This document shows positions 36,138 through 46,035 of a stretch of DNA of 64,000 nt, piece by piece (position 1 is the stretch's first letter; every line of letters begins with the position of its first letter). Made by a program: the position numbers and the translations under genes. This DNA is from an uncultured Aliishimia sp. (GTDB taxonomy: Bacteria; Pseudomonadota; Alphaproteobacteria; Rhodobacterales; Rhodobacteraceae): assembly GCA_963922415.1 (NCBI GenBank), contig CAWUIP010000001.1, forward strand, positions 3,114 through 67,113, written 5' to 3'. The notes under the pieces were generated by a model. That model made no database searches. It was not told where the DNA came from and saw nothing but the letters and a program-made list of their open reading frames with translations.

Positions 36138-37547
36138 GTGACAAAACCCACGCTTTTATGGATCCGTCGGGATCTGCGGTTGAGCGATCACCCGGCGCTG
36201 TTGGCCGCTGTCGATCGCGGTCCGGTGATCCCGATCTTTATTCACGACAAGACAGTTGAGGACCTTGGTGCAGCCCCCAAGTGGCGTTTGCAAATCGGGC
36301 TAGAACACTTTGCAAAGTCTTTGCAAAGTCGTGGCAGTCGCCTCATCTTTCGACGCGGTGCGGCTCTGGATGTACTCCAGGCGATGATCGCGGAGACTGG
36401 GGCGGGGGCGGTCTTTTGGACACGCGCATATGATCCAGCAGCCGTCGCGCGCGATACTGAGGTCAAAGCGACGCTGAAGGACGCCGATGTTGAGGCGCGC
36501 AGTTTTGGCGGCCACCTGCTCTTTGAACCATGGACGGCAGAGACGAAGACGGGCGGTTTCTACCGCGTCTATACGCCGTTTTGGAAATCGGTACGGACGC
36601 GCGATGTCGATACGCCACGGCCTGCGCCGGGACAGATCCCAGCACCAAAGGCGTGGCCTGAAACCGAGGCGCTAGCAGATTGGGACATGGGACGCGCGAT
36701 GCAACGCGGTGCAACCATCGTGCGACCCTTCGTGCGTTTAGGGGAGCAGGCCGCGCAAAACCGGCTTGAGGAGTTCATCGATACCCACGTCGCGCGTTAC
36801 GACACGATGCGCGATAGACCCGATCATGACGGCACGTCTGGGCTAAGCGAGAACCTGGCGTTGGGAGAAATCAGCCCGTTCCAATGCTGGCACGCCGGCC
36901 GACGCGCATTGGAGGCTGGGCAGGCAGGGGCCGAGACGTTTTTGAAAGAACTGGTCTGGCGCGAATTTGCGTATCACCTTTTGCACCACACACCGCATAT
37001 TCTCACTGAAAATTGGAAACCCGATTGGGACGCCTTCGCCTGGAATACCGACGACACCGCCGAGGTCACAGCCTGGAAGCAAGGCCGGACCGGCATCCGC
37101 TTTGTCGATGCAGCCATGCGCGAGATGTATGTAACCGGTCGTATGCACAATCGCGGGCGCATGATTGTCGCGTCCTATTTGACCAAACACCTTCTGAGCC
37201 ACTGGAAGATTGGGCTGAAATGGTTCGAAGACTGCTTGATCGACTGGGATCCCGCGTCAAATGCGATGGGCTGGCAGTGGTCGGCAGGCTCCGGTCCCGA
37301 TGCAACGCCCTATTTTCGGGTGTTCAATCCCGTCACGCAGCGCGAAAAATTCGACCCAAACCGCGCCTATGTGGATCGGTGGATCGCAGACGGAAAGTCC
37401 AACCCACACACGGATGCGTTGAAATACTTCGATGCAATCCCCAAAAGCTGGTCCATTTCGGCGTCTGATCCGTATCCAGAGCCAATAGTCACAGCAGACC
37501 TGGGCCGAAAACGGGCTTTGGATGCCTACGGCGCGCGCACCTTTTGA
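36138..37547 (+). CDS. phrB: Deoxyribodipyrimidine photolyase
   Basis: GTG start after a GGGAGAGGG SD. LLWIRRDLRLSDHPAL N-terminus and FAD-domain motifs WREF, DAAMREMYVTGRMHNRGRM, GWQW. Confidence 0.88.
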   Translation: MTKPTLLWIRRDLRLSDHPALLAAVDRGPVIPIFIHDKTVEDLGAAPKWRLQIGLEHFAKSLQSRGSRLIFRRGAALDVLQAMIAETGAGAVFWTRAYDPAAVARDTEVKATLKDADVEARSFGGHLLFEPWTAETKTGGFYRVYTPFWKSVRTRDVDTPRPAPGQIPAPKAWPETEALADWDMGRAMQRGATIVRPFVRLGEQAAQNRLEEFIDTHVARYDTMRDRPDHDGTSGLSENLALGEISPFQCWHAGRRALEAGQAGAETFLKELVWREFAYHLLHHTPHILTENWKPDWDAFAWNTDDTAEVTAWKQGRTGIRFVDAAMREMYVTGRMHNRGRMIVASYLTKHLLSHWKIGLKWFEDCLIDWDPASNAMGWQWSAGSGPDATPYFRVFNPVTQREKFDPNRAYVDRWIADGKSNPHTDALKYFDAIPKSWSISASDPYPEPIVTADLGRKRALDAYGARTF

Positions 37548-37608
37548 GAAAGGCTTGCGTCACGATAAGTGTCAGCCTAGCTTGACAAAAATAAGAACGG
37601 GGAATGGG

Positions 37609-38817
37609 ATGATCCTGACACAGACTGAAGGCCACGACGGTCTGCCACGCTATTTTGCGCGGGTTTTTGAAACAGCAAAGCGGCTTAAGCGTGGGCGGTT
37701 GGACATTGTCATACCTGATGGTCGTCGATTTCGTGCGGAGGGGCCTGAGCCGGGCCCGGTGGCGGAGCTGCATGTACATAACTCCGATCTTTTTGCGCGC
37801 TTGATCCGAGAGGGCGATCTTGGCTTTTGCGATGCCTATTTGGACGAATGGTGGTCCACACCCGATCTGCAGGCATTTATGGATTTCGTGCATGCTGAGA
37901 ATGACGAACTTTATGACACGTATCCGGGTCAAAAATTGGTCCGTGCCTTCGAACGCTTTCGCTTCTGGATGCAGCGCAATTCAAAGGTGCAGGCGAAAAA
38001 GAACATCCAATACCACTATGATCTTGGAAACTCTTTTTATGGGCTCTGGCTTGACGAAACGATGAGCTACTCCTCTGCGCTTTTTGAAACAGGGCAAGAA
38101 AGCACTGAGAAAGCACAGCTTGCAAAGTACAAATCCATGGTCGACCAGATGGGCGCGCGCCCTGGGGATCATATTCTTGAGATCGGGTGCGGGTGGGGCG
38201 GTTTCGCCGAATACGCCGCGAAAGAACGTGGGCTGAAGGTCACCGGGCTGACCATCAGCGAAGAGCAGTTCAAGTATGCGAATGAACGTATTGCTAGTCT
38301 CGGCTTGCAGAACCAAGTCGAATTTAAGTTGCAAGATTACCGCGACGAGACAGGCCAGTATGATGGGATCGCCTCAATCGAGATGTTCGAAGCGGTGGGC
38401 GAAAAGTACTGGCCCACATACTTCAACATAGTGCGAGAGCGGCTGAAGCCGGGCAAGTCAGCGACACTTCAGATCATAACTGTTGCCGATCACCGTTGGG
38501 AGCTCTATCGCAAGGGCGTTGATTTTATTCAGAAATACATCTTCCCCGGCGGTATGCTCCCCAGTCCCTCCGCGCTGCGGGCGCAGATTGCGCAGGCCGG
38601 TCTGAGCTTTGAGCGGTCGTTTGAATTTGGATCAAGCTACGACATTACGCTGCGGCGCTGGCACGACACGTTCAATACGCGGTGGGATCAAATCGCCGAA
38701 CTTGGGTTTGACGATCGGTTCCGCCGAATGTGGAATTTCTATCTGACCTCTTGCGCGTCCACCTTCCAAAGTGCCAGTTGTGATGTCACACAGATCACCA
38801 TCAAGCGGCCCGGCTGA
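37609..38817 (+). CDS. Cyclopropane-fatty-acyl-phospholipid synthase-family SAM methyltransferase
   Basis: HYDLGNSFY, SAM motif ILEIGCGWGG, and IEMFEAVG motifs. Confidence 0.85.
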   Translation: MILTQTEGHDGLPRYFARVFETAKRLKRGRLDIVIPDGRRFRAEGPEPGPVAELHVHNSDLFARLIREGDLGFCDAYLDEWWSTPDLQAFMDFVHAENDELYDTYPGQKLVRAFERFRFWMQRNSKVQAKKNIQYHYDLGNSFYGLWLDETMSYSSALFETGQESTEKAQLAKYKSMVDQMGARPGDHILEIGCGWGGFAEYAAKERGLKVTGLTISEEQFKYANERIASLGLQNQVEFKLQDYRDETGQYDGIASIEMFEAVGEKYWPTYFNIVRERLKPGKSATLQIITVADHRWELYRKGVDFIQKYIFPGGMLPSPSALRAQIAQAGLSFERSFEFGSSYDITLRRWHDTFNTRWDQIAELGFDDRFRRMWNFYLTSCASTFQSASCDVTQITIKRPG

Positions 38818-38860
38818 GCACATGCGATAACGGGCTGCGATACGCGCACGAGAGACCCGA

Positions 38861-39310
38861 ATGCCTGACGCCGCCCGACTAGTTGCCGCCATCTGCCTGA
38901 GCTTGGTGGGGTTCTTGTTGTCCGGCCTGGTGATGGAGATCTACATCCGCGAGATCGGCGACACAAATTTTGGCTGGTTTGTCTATCTCAACGTCGCACT
39001 GGGCTTTGCCGTCGGATGGGTTTCCGTGGGTGGCCGGGCAGGGCGCGGTGTGTCATCCGCGCTGACCAACGGGCTGACGGGGGTGTTTTTGCTGACGTTG
39101 TGGGGCCTTTTTCTACAGGCGTGCAACGAGATGACGCGGCTTGCGATGAAGAACCGCTATGACGGCCCTATCGAGGCGATTGGCGCTGTGTTCCAGATTA
39201 TGGCGGAATGGGGTCTTCTGCTCTTGGACGGCCCAGTGCTTGGGACCATGCTTGTTGGGGCCTTTGTTACTGGCGTTTTAGCAGAGTATGCTTGGCGGAT
39301 ATGGCGATAA
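38861..39310 (+). CDS. Small polytopic membrane protein (possibly TrgA-like)
   Basis: 149 aa with 4 hydrophobic helices, directly upstream of cysK as trgA is in Rhodobacter sphaeroides. The family assignment is recollection only. Confidence 0.4.
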   Translation: MPDAARLVAAICLSLVGFLLSGLVMEIYIREIGDTNFGWFVYLNVALGFAVGWVSVGGRAGRGVSSALTNGLTGVFLLTLWGLFLQACNEMTRLAMKNRYDGPIEAIGAVFQIMAEWGLLLLDGPVLGTMLVGAFVTGVLAEYAWRIWR

Positions 39311-39383
39311 CCTCGGCTTGAGGTCCGCGCACCGCCCCGTTACATCTGAGCGAGAGCCGTCTGCACCAAGGAGCGACACAAAG

Positions 39384-40418
39384 ATGCGCATTGCAAAAGA
39401 CTTAGCAAACGCGGTTGGCAAGACACCTTTAATCCGACTGCGCCGTGCAAGTGAAGAAACGGGATGTGAAATCCTTGGCAAAGCGGAGTTCCTGAACCCA
39501 GGGCAATCGGTCAAAGACCGCGCCGCACTTTTCATCATCAAAGACGCGATCGCCCGTGGTGCGCTGCGCCCCGGTGGCACAATCGTGGAAGGCACGGCCG
39601 GGAACACCGGTATCGGCCTCGCACTGGTTGGCGCGTCGCTTGGGTTCAAGACGGTTATCGTGATCCCCGAGACGCAAAGTCAGGAAAAGAAAGACATGCT
39701 GCGTTTGGCTGGCGCGCAACTGGTCGAAGTCCCTGCGGTCCCGTACAAAAACCCAAATAATTATGTGAAGTATTCTGGGCGGCTGGCGGCGAAGTTGAAT
39801 GAGACCGAACCAAACGGGGCCATTTGGGCGAACCAATTCGACAATGTGGCCAACCGACAAGCGCATATTGAAACCACCGGACCTGAAATCTGGGATCAGA
39901 CCAACGGCGACGTCGATGGCTTTATCTGCGCGGTGGGGTCTGGTGGAACTGCAGCTGGCGTCGGAACTGTTCTACAGGCCAAAGGGGTCACCTGCGGGAT
40001 CGCGGATCCGTTGGGCTCCGGCATTTTCAAACTCTTCAACCCCGACGTCGCGGCGCAGACGGGCAACTCGATCAGCGAAGGGATCGGGCAGGGGCGCATC
40101 ACTGCCAACCTCGAAGGCTACACTCCAGACTTCACCTGCCAAGTGTCGGATGAAGAGGCTTTGCCAATCGTGTTTGACCTGTTGCGCGACGAGGGGCTGG
40201 TGATGGGCGGCTCAACTGGGATCAATATCGGCGGTGCGATGGCGCTGGCGCGGCACATGGGGCCTGGCCATACAATTGTGACGATCTTGTGCGATTACGG
40301 CACACGGTATCAGTCCAAACTCTTTAACCCTGCGTTTCTGGATGAAAAAGGACTGCCTTGCCCCGATTGGCTGCGCGCGGACGCGGCTGACGTGCCGAAG
40401 GTCTTTGACGCGGAATGA
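39384..40418 (+). CDS. cysK: Cysteine synthase A (O-acetylserine sulfhydrylase)
   Basis: AAGGAG SD. GKTPLIRL, PLP-Lys motif SVKDRAAL and GTAGNTGIGLA loop. Confidence 0.9.
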   Translation: MRIAKDLANAVGKTPLIRLRRASEETGCEILGKAEFLNPGQSVKDRAALFIIKDAIARGALRPGGTIVEGTAGNTGIGLALVGASLGFKTVIVIPETQSQEKKDMLRLAGAQLVEVPAVPYKNPNNYVKYSGRLAAKLNETEPNGAIWANQFDNVANRQAHIETTGPEIWDQTNGDVDGFICAVGSGGTAAGVGTVLQAKGVTCGIADPLGSGIFKLFNPDVAAQTGNSISEGIGQGRITANLEGYTPDFTCQVSDEEALPIVFDLLRDEGLVMGGSTGINIGGAMALARHMGPGHTIVTILCDYGTRYQSKLFNPAFLDEKGLPCPDWLRADAADVPKVFDAE

Positions 40419-42748
40419 TCCGCTGGCTCGCCTTTTGCTGCGTCAGCCTACTCGTCTGGAGTCTTGGCTGGGTTGGGCCGCTCGCTGCGCAGCAGGATGT
40501 TGTCGCCGCTCCGGACTATGCGACGTGGGAGAGTGTCGCGCGGCGCGCTGAGGCGGCGGTGGATGCTGGCACTGATACAAATGCCGTCTTTTCGACCTTG
40601 CGTGGGCGCATTGTCGGCTTTCGCACCACGTTCGAAGCGGCACAGTCCACGAATGCCGAACGCATTGCGACACTAAGGGCGCAGATCACAGCGTTAGGGG
40701 TCCTGCCAGCCGAAGGTGAAACCGAAGCGCCGGACATTGCCGCACGGCGCGCACAATTGAACGCGCGGCTATCTGAGCTTCAAGCCCCTGGGCAAGCCGC
40801 GCAAGAAGCCTTCACGCGGGCCGATGGGCTGATCGGTGAAATTGACCAGATCTTGCGGGGCCGACAAACAGAGCGGTTGTTGTCGCTGGGTCCCACGCCC
40901 ATCAACCCAGTGCTTTGGCCCGAGGCTTTGGAGCAATTGGGCGAAAGTCTCACGGACATCTCCGGAGAGCGGCGCGTTTTCAACAATCAAAGCCTTTTGT
41001 TGGCAGCACGCGCCAATCTCCCGCTTGTTGTTTTGCTTTTGGCCATCAGCATCGTCCTGCTGACCCGTGGACGCGGGTGGGCTGCTTGGGGCGGCGAGCA
41101 ATTGCGCAAGTTGGGCGGACGCGGGCGCGGCGTTTGGGGCTTTGTCATTTCGCTCTTGCGGATTGCCCTGCCATTATTGGGGATCTACGCCTTTACCGAG
41201 GCACTCTTTGCGACGGGCCTAGTTGGCTTGCGCGGAACCGAAATCTTGGAGGTTCTGCCAATTTGGGGCGCGATTTTCCTGAGTTTTCGCTGGCTCGCGG
41301 AGCGGCTCTTTTCGCGCAACGACGATGACGCGATCTTTTCGTTGCCGGCCGAACGACGCACGGAAGCACGGTTTTACATCACGACATTGGCTTTGGTGTC
41401 GGTCTTGCGCGGTTTTCTCGAACTTCTGTTTGGAGTTTCCGAGTTTACCGAAGGGTCGCGGGCGGTTTTAACGTTCCCAATCGTCGTTGTTGTTGGGTTG
41501 ATCCTGTTTCGCTTGGGGCAAATCTTGCGGCGTCAAGATATGGCAAGCGCGGACCCAGACGCACCGCAACCCGCCGCGCAGAGCTTTTCGCGCATCGTGC
41601 GGCTGTTGGGGCGCGCAACGCAGGTCGTCGCGGTCGTAGCGCCGGTCTTGTCTGGAATTGGGTACGCGACGGCTGGGACTGCGCTTTTGAACCCATGGGT
41701 GCTGAGCCTTGCTCTTTTGGGGCTCGTTTTGGTGCTCCAGCGTTTCGCTGCGGATCTCTACGGATGGATCTCTGGCCGCACTGTCGAAGAGGCGCGCGAC
41801 AGTCTTGTTGCGATGCTTTCGACGTTTTTACTGTTACTCGGCGCAGTGCCGCTGTTGGCGTTGGCCTGGGGCGCGCGCGTTACGGATCTGGCCGATCTGT
41901 GGGCCACCTTCTTGCGCGGTTTCACTGTGGGCGAAACAACGATCTCTCCGACCAACTTTGTTATCTTTGCGGTAGTTTTCGCCGCGGGCTACACGCTAAC
42001 ACGTCTGTTGCAGGGCGCGCTGAAAACATCTGTTCTGCCCAAAACTGGTATCGATCCTGGCGGCCAAACGGCACTCGTCTCTGGCGTCGGCTATGTCGGG
42101 ATATTCCTTGCAGGTCTGATCGCCATTACGACGGCCGGGATCGATCTTAGCTCTGTCGCGCTTGTCGCAGGGGCCTTGTCTGTTGGAATTGGTTTTGGCC
42201 TTCAGAACATTGTTTCGAACTTTGTGTCGGGCATTATATTGCTGATTGAGCGCCCAATTTCTGAAGGTGATTGGATTGAGGTTGGCGGGCAGCACGGCTA
42301 CGTCAAAAACATCTCTGTTCGCTCGACCCGGATCGAGACGTTTGATCGCTCGGATGTGATCGTGCCGAATGCGGATCTGGTCAGTGGGACGGTTACGAAC
42401 TACACGCGCGGCAATACGGTGGGTCGGGTGATCATTCCTGTCGGTGTGGCCTACGGGACGGATACGCGAAAGGTGGAAGCTCTGTTGCGCGAAGTCGCCG
42501 AAAGCCACCCGATGGTGCTCATGAACCCAAAGCCGTCGGTCGTGTTTCAGAACTTCGGCGCGTCCAGTTTGGATTTTGAGATCCGCGCGATCCTCCGCGA
42601 TGTGAATTGGATGCTGACGGTGAAGTCCGAAATGAACCATAAGATCGCGCAGCGCTTTGCCGAAGAGGGCATAGAGATCCCGTTCCCGCAGCAAGATGTC
42701 TGGCTGCGCAATCCCGAAACTCTGCCCGGCGGGGGCGAGACCAGCTAG
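40415..42748 (+). CDS. MscS-family mechanosensitive channel with long periplasmic coiled-coil N-terminus (MscK/KefA-like)
   Basis: Signal peptide, long helical N-domain, multiple TM helices and an MscS core (GIGFGLQNIVSNFVSGIILLIERPISEGDWIEV). ATGA overlap with the cysK stop. Confidence 0.85.
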   Translation: MIRWLAFCCVSLLVWSLGWVGPLAAQQDVVAAPDYATWESVARRAEAAVDAGTDTNAVFSTLRGRIVGFRTTFEAAQSTNAERIATLRAQITALGVLPAEGETEAPDIAARRAQLNARLSELQAPGQAAQEAFTRADGLIGEIDQILRGRQTERLLSLGPTPINPVLWPEALEQLGESLTDISGERRVFNNQSLLLAARANLPLVVLLLAISIVLLTRGRGWAAWGGEQLRKLGGRGRGVWGFVISLLRIALPLLGIYAFTEALFATGLVGLRGTEILEVLPIWGAIFLSFRWLAERLFSRNDDDAIFSLPAERRTEARFYITTLALVSVLRGFLELLFGVSEFTEGSRAVLTFPIVVVVGLILFRLGQILRRQDMASADPDAPQPAAQSFSRIVRLLGRATQVVAVVAPVLSGIGYATAGTALLNPWVLSLALLGLVLVLQRFAADLYGWISGRTVEEARDSLVAMLSTFLLLLGAVPLLALAWGARVTDLADLWATFLRGFTVGETTISPTNFVIFAVVFAAGYTLTRLLQGALKTSVLPKTGIDPGGQTALVSGVGYVGIFLAGLIAITTAGIDLSSVALVAGALSVGIGFGLQNIVSNFVSGIILLIERPISEGDWIEVGGQHGYVKNISVRSTRIETFDRSDVIVPNADLVSGTVTNYTRGNTVGRVIIPVGVAYGTDTRKVEALLREVAESHPMVLMNPKPSVVFQNFGASSLDFEIRAILRDVNWMLTVKSEMNHKIAQRFAEEGIEIPFPQQDVWLRNPETLPGGGETS

Positions 42749-42810
42749 CGGGTTGTCCAGCGTAGTTTTGCGCTTGCAAACCCTATCGCTGCCCCTCTAT
42801 ACCCGCCGGT

Positions 42811-42900
42811 GGACAGGTGGCCGAGTGGTCGAAGGCGCGCGCCTGGAAAGTGCGTAGGCGGGAGACCGTCTCGAGGGTTCGAATCCCTTCCTGTCCGCCA
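42811..42900 (+). tRNA. tRNA-Ser (anticodon GGA)
   Basis: GGACAGGTGGCCGAGTGGT..., anticodon loop CTGGAAA, long variable arm, T-loop GGTTCGAATCC, encoded CCA. Confidence 0.95.
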
Positions 42901-43080
42901 CCATTCAAGCTATTGCTATTGAACGTAAATTAGCTTCCAAAAGGAGTCGCGATTCCGGGCGCTTGCACAGGCGCTTGATCACCAGATATTTGATATTAAA
43001 GGAAAAATCGCCTGCAAAAGGTGCCAAGTCTCTGTTTGCAATTGCGGCGGAGAGAGTTTGCGGCGTTCCGAGAAGCAAAG

Positions 43081-44712
43081 TTATTGGTTTTCGAGCATTT
43101 TTCGCTGTTCGAACCAAACGATCGGGAAGCCCGTTTTGAGGAGGTAGTCCGTGGTCAGATTGATCGGCTGGTTTCCCGACGCAACAAGGTCTAGGATTTC
43201 TGGCGACAGCATCGCCAGATTGACCAGAGAATGAACACGTGGCGCAGGGATCCGCTCTTCGGCGGCAATGTCTACAGGCGACGTGCCGTCTATGATCATC
43301 GCCAACCAGCGTCGCGCCGTCACGATGTTTTGCACCAGGGTTCGATCGATCTCGGGTGGTGCGTCGCCGAGATGTAGTTTGAGCTCCACACCGCGTCGGC
43401 GCATCTGGAAGGAGGATGAAATCGTCAACGCCCCAGGGGCGATGCGCTCTGGCTTACGGTTCAGCAGTCTGGCAACCTCTTCCCTGTCCAGCGCGGTGGT
43501 CACTGAACCTTGTTCCAGGTCCACACGATGCACCAACAAATGAAGTGATGCAGCGTCCCGTGTTTCCGAGAGTCGGCTTTGCACCTGCACCATGTCTGCG
43601 GCGGATGCCGTCGGGACGAGCATTAAGGCCACCGTCGGTTTGCTTAGGTGAGTCTGAACCAGTTCAGCGATCAGGTTTTCCAGCTGCTCTGCCGGGAGCC
43701 GCCAGGCATCGGGATGCCTGGATCTGCGATCCACAACCAGGCGGCGGGAGATGTAGTACCTCAACCGCTTGCCATTCTTGCGGCTGTGGCTAGGGGTGAG
43801 CCGATCGCCAGTCTCGTCAAAGAGTTTTCCAGCAAGAGCGGATTGGTGACTCAGTTGTTTGCTGCCACGTTCCCTGGCAGCCCCCGTTACAAGCAGCTTC
43901 TGGATCTCCTCCCAGGTTTCCGGCTCGATGATTGCAGGATGCTGGCCGTCATACACCTTGTCTTTGTGCCGGATGCGGCCTGCGTAGATTGGATTGGTCA
44001 GGATCGCATAGATATGGCCGCGCGTGAACGGTTTGCCGCCCTTGGAGCATCCATTTGAGCCATTGACCATCCTTGTCCGTAGCCCAAGTCGGTTGGCGCA
44101 TTCCGCTACCTTGCGGACAGTTTTTTTCTGTCGATAGAGGTCGTAGATCGTTCGGATTGTTGCCGCCTCAGCGTCTTCAATGGCCAAAGTTCTACCGACT
44201 GCTTTGTACCCAAGCGGGACGTTGCCGCCCATCCATAGACCCTTCTTCTTCGAGGCCGCGATTTTGTCGCGGATTCGTTCCGCGGTCACTTCGCGTTCGA
44301 ATTGAGCAAAGGAGAGCAGCATGTTCAGCGTCAGCCGTCCCATGCTCGTGGCGGTGTTGAACGACTGGGTGACAGACACGAAGCAAGTCCCAGCCGCATC
44401 CAGCACGTCGACGATCTTTGCGAAGTCAGACAGGGACCTTGTTAGCCGATCGATCTTGTAGACAACAATCTGGTCAACCCGTTTCTCCTTGATCGCTTGC
44501 ATCAACCGTTTCAACGCTGGCCGATCCATATGCCCGCCCGATATGCCACCATCGTCATACCGATCGGGCAGCAACTCCCAACCCTCATGCTTCTGGCTGG
44601 CGATATAGGCCTCGCAGGCCTCTCTTTGGGCATCGAGGGAATTGAAGTCCTGTTCCAATCCCTCCTCGGTGCTCTTGCGGGTATAGAAAGCGCAGCGGAT
44701 GCGTCGCATCAT
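43081..44712 (-). CDS. Large serine recombinase (resolvase/invertase N-domain + recombinase domain)
   Basis: CAFYTRKSTEEGLEQDFNSLDAQ catalytic-Ser region, VYKIDRLTRS, then a long C-terminal recombinase and coiled-coil region. The start overlaps the DUF2924 stop (ATGATG). Confidence 0.88.
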   Translation of the reverse strand: MMRRIRCAFYTRKSTEEGLEQDFNSLDAQREACEAYIASQKHEGWELLPDRYDDGGISGGHMDRPALKRLMQAIKEKRVDQIVVYKIDRLTRSLSDFAKIVDVLDAAGTCFVSVTQSFNTATSMGRLTLNMLLSFAQFEREVTAERIRDKIAASKKKGLWMGGNVPLGYKAVGRTLAIEDAEAATIRTIYDLYRQKKTVRKVAECANRLGLRTRMVNGSNGCSKGGKPFTRGHIYAILTNPIYAGRIRHKDKVYDGQHPAIIEPETWEEIQKLLVTGAARERGSKQLSHQSALAGKLFDETGDRLTPSHSRKNGKRLRYYISRRLVVDRRSRHPDAWRLPAEQLENLIAELVQTHLSKPTVALMLVPTASAADMVQVQSRLSETRDAASLHLLVHRVDLEQGSVTTALDREEVARLLNRKPERIAPGALTISSSFQMRRRGVELKLHLGDAPPEIDRTLVQNIVTARRWLAMIIDGTSPVDIAAEERIPAPRVHSLVNLAMLSPEILDLVASGNQPINLTTDYLLKTGFPIVWFEQRKMLENQ

Positions 44713-45122
44713 TCGACCCCGAAGAAGCGAGGCCCGGACCAACGGGCCCCTGTGATGTGCCGCGCGATGGCTGACAACGACCGCCAGGACCTACCGTCCA
44801 TAACATATCCATCTTCTGTCACCTCGACCTGGTAGCTGCGCCCATTCCACTCCCGCACCAGGTGCGATCCCGGCTTGGCGACCAAAGGCACCGATTTGCC
44901 CGCGGCGATCTGCTTTAACCGGCGCTCTGTTTTGGCGGAGACGCCGCCGAACAACCGTGTTTGCAGCTCCCAGATCAGCACTTTCTTCATGAAGGGTTGC
45001 GAGAGATGCTTGGGTGGCGATCGTCGAAAGGCCGCGCGCCATCGCTCGAGGCAGGCGGATCGGTCAAATCTCTCGATCTCGGCAATCTGGTCGGAAAGGT
45101 CTTTGGGGTCCCTAGACGTCAT
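44709..45122 (-). CDS. DUF2924 domain protein
   Basis: LERWRAAF...PPKHLSQPFMKKVLIWELQ...REWNGRSYQVEV...GRSWRSLSAIARHITGARWSGPRFFG is typical of DUF2924, which accompanies serine recombinases. Confidence 0.8.
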   Translation of the reverse strand: MTSRDPKDLSDQIAEIERFDRSACLERWRAAFRRSPPKHLSQPFMKKVLIWELQTRLFGGVSAKTERRLKQIAAGKSVPLVAKPGSHLVREWNGRSYQVEVTEDGYVMDGRSWRSLSAIARHITGARWSGPRFFGVE

Positions 45123-45385
45123 TGCTTTGCCCCGGGCCCAACAATGCGGTAGACCGATCCCTTGTCGCTGTCCCGGCGTTCGATCTCAGCCCCAGCCTTG
45201 CGCAATCGCGATATGGCCGCCCGCGCCGTATGCGGCTGCCAGCCAAGGGCGTTCCGGATCTGAGCAAGCGTCGCCCCGGATTTGCGGGCCAGCAGCTTGC
45301 GAAGCTGGGTTTCGCGGGTTTGTTTGGGTTTGGGTTTGGGTTTCGACCGCTTAGTTGCAGTTCCAGTTTTGGCCTCATGTGTCAT
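45119..45385 (-). CDS. DUF3489 domain protein
   Basis: Lys/Pro-rich N-terminus followed by a wHTH-like LLARKSGATLAQIRNALGWQPHTARAAISRLRKAG. ATGA overlap with DUF2924. Confidence 0.75.
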   Translation of the reverse strand: MTHEAKTGTATKRSKPKPKPKQTRETQLRKLLARKSGATLAQIRNALGWQPHTARAAISRLRKAGAEIERRDSDKGSVYRIVGPGAKQ

Positions 45386-45504
45386 TGTCTTCTCCACTCT
45401 AGGGGTGCCGGCCAATCCAGCGCCCTGTACCGAGTGGAGCCCGGACATTCCGGGCGGCGACACAGCGCCAACACTACCGCTTCGCGTGGCCAAAAAGTCC
45501 AGCG

Positions 45505-45714
45505 CTATCTGGCGCCATCCAGGATCCTCTCGATATCGATCAGGATTTGGCGAGAACGCGTCAGATGCCGGTCAATTTCGGCCGCGATCGTCGTCAGGCC
45601 CGAGGCCGACGACCCCTGCCTCTGGCCCTCAATCGCCAAGCTCACCGCGTCTTCAAGGACACCCGTCAGCGCGGCGAACCGTCCTCCAAGCGTATCATTG
45701 TCTGTGTCGTCCAT
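45505..45714 (-). CDS. Hypothetical small acidic protein
   Basis: 69-aa ORF from MDDTDNDTLGG, upstream of and co-oriented with DUF3489. No recognised motif. Coding status is uncertain. Confidence 0.3.
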   Translation of the reverse strand: MDDTDNDTLGGRFAALTGVLEDAVSLAIEGQRQGSSASGLTTIAAEIDRHLTRSRQILIDIERILDGAR

Positions 45715-46035
45715 GCCAACACACAGGCTTGCCGCGGCACTGAAGTCCAGTAACCGCTGAAAGGGCGGTCTCTGCAGGCGCGAATGCTGCAGTTGGCAAC
45801 CACAACAGCAGACATTCAAGTGCTGCCAAACAGCGCCGACTAGCGCGGAAGCCGCATAAGCACGCTTATGTTTATTCCCTTTCTCTACTTGGGATAAAGG
45901 AGCGACCGTCTCTGCGTGTGGCGGCAGTCAGATAACAAGATACCGGGTGATTTCCCGTGGAGCGCGCGAGTTAACTCGGTCGAACAAACGCAAGCAAGTA
46001 CCTTGTCCCGAACACCTGGCAAAAAAGCTCTTGCA

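Larger units (their letters stand above)
42901..45819. mobile_element. Integration module of a tRNA-Ser-adjacent integrative element (large serine recombinase type)
   Basis: AT-rich 180 bp directly after the tRNA, then the coupled DUF3489-DUF2924-recombinase trio on the minus strand. The extent of the cargo is unknown. Confidence 0.6.

Noticed and set aside
42901-43080. Searched for a direct repeat of the tRNA-Ser 3' end elsewhere in 43-64 kb to delimit the island
   Set aside because: No convincing copy was seen by eye. Serine recombinases use short crossover sites, so this absence is uninformative. The island's far boundary is left undefined.
45122-45760. 212-aa plus-strand ORF antisense to DUF3489 and the small hypothetical gene
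   Set aside because: Its composition is Ser/Arg/Pro-rich and low complexity. The opposite strand encodes recognisable DUF3489 with translational coupling.
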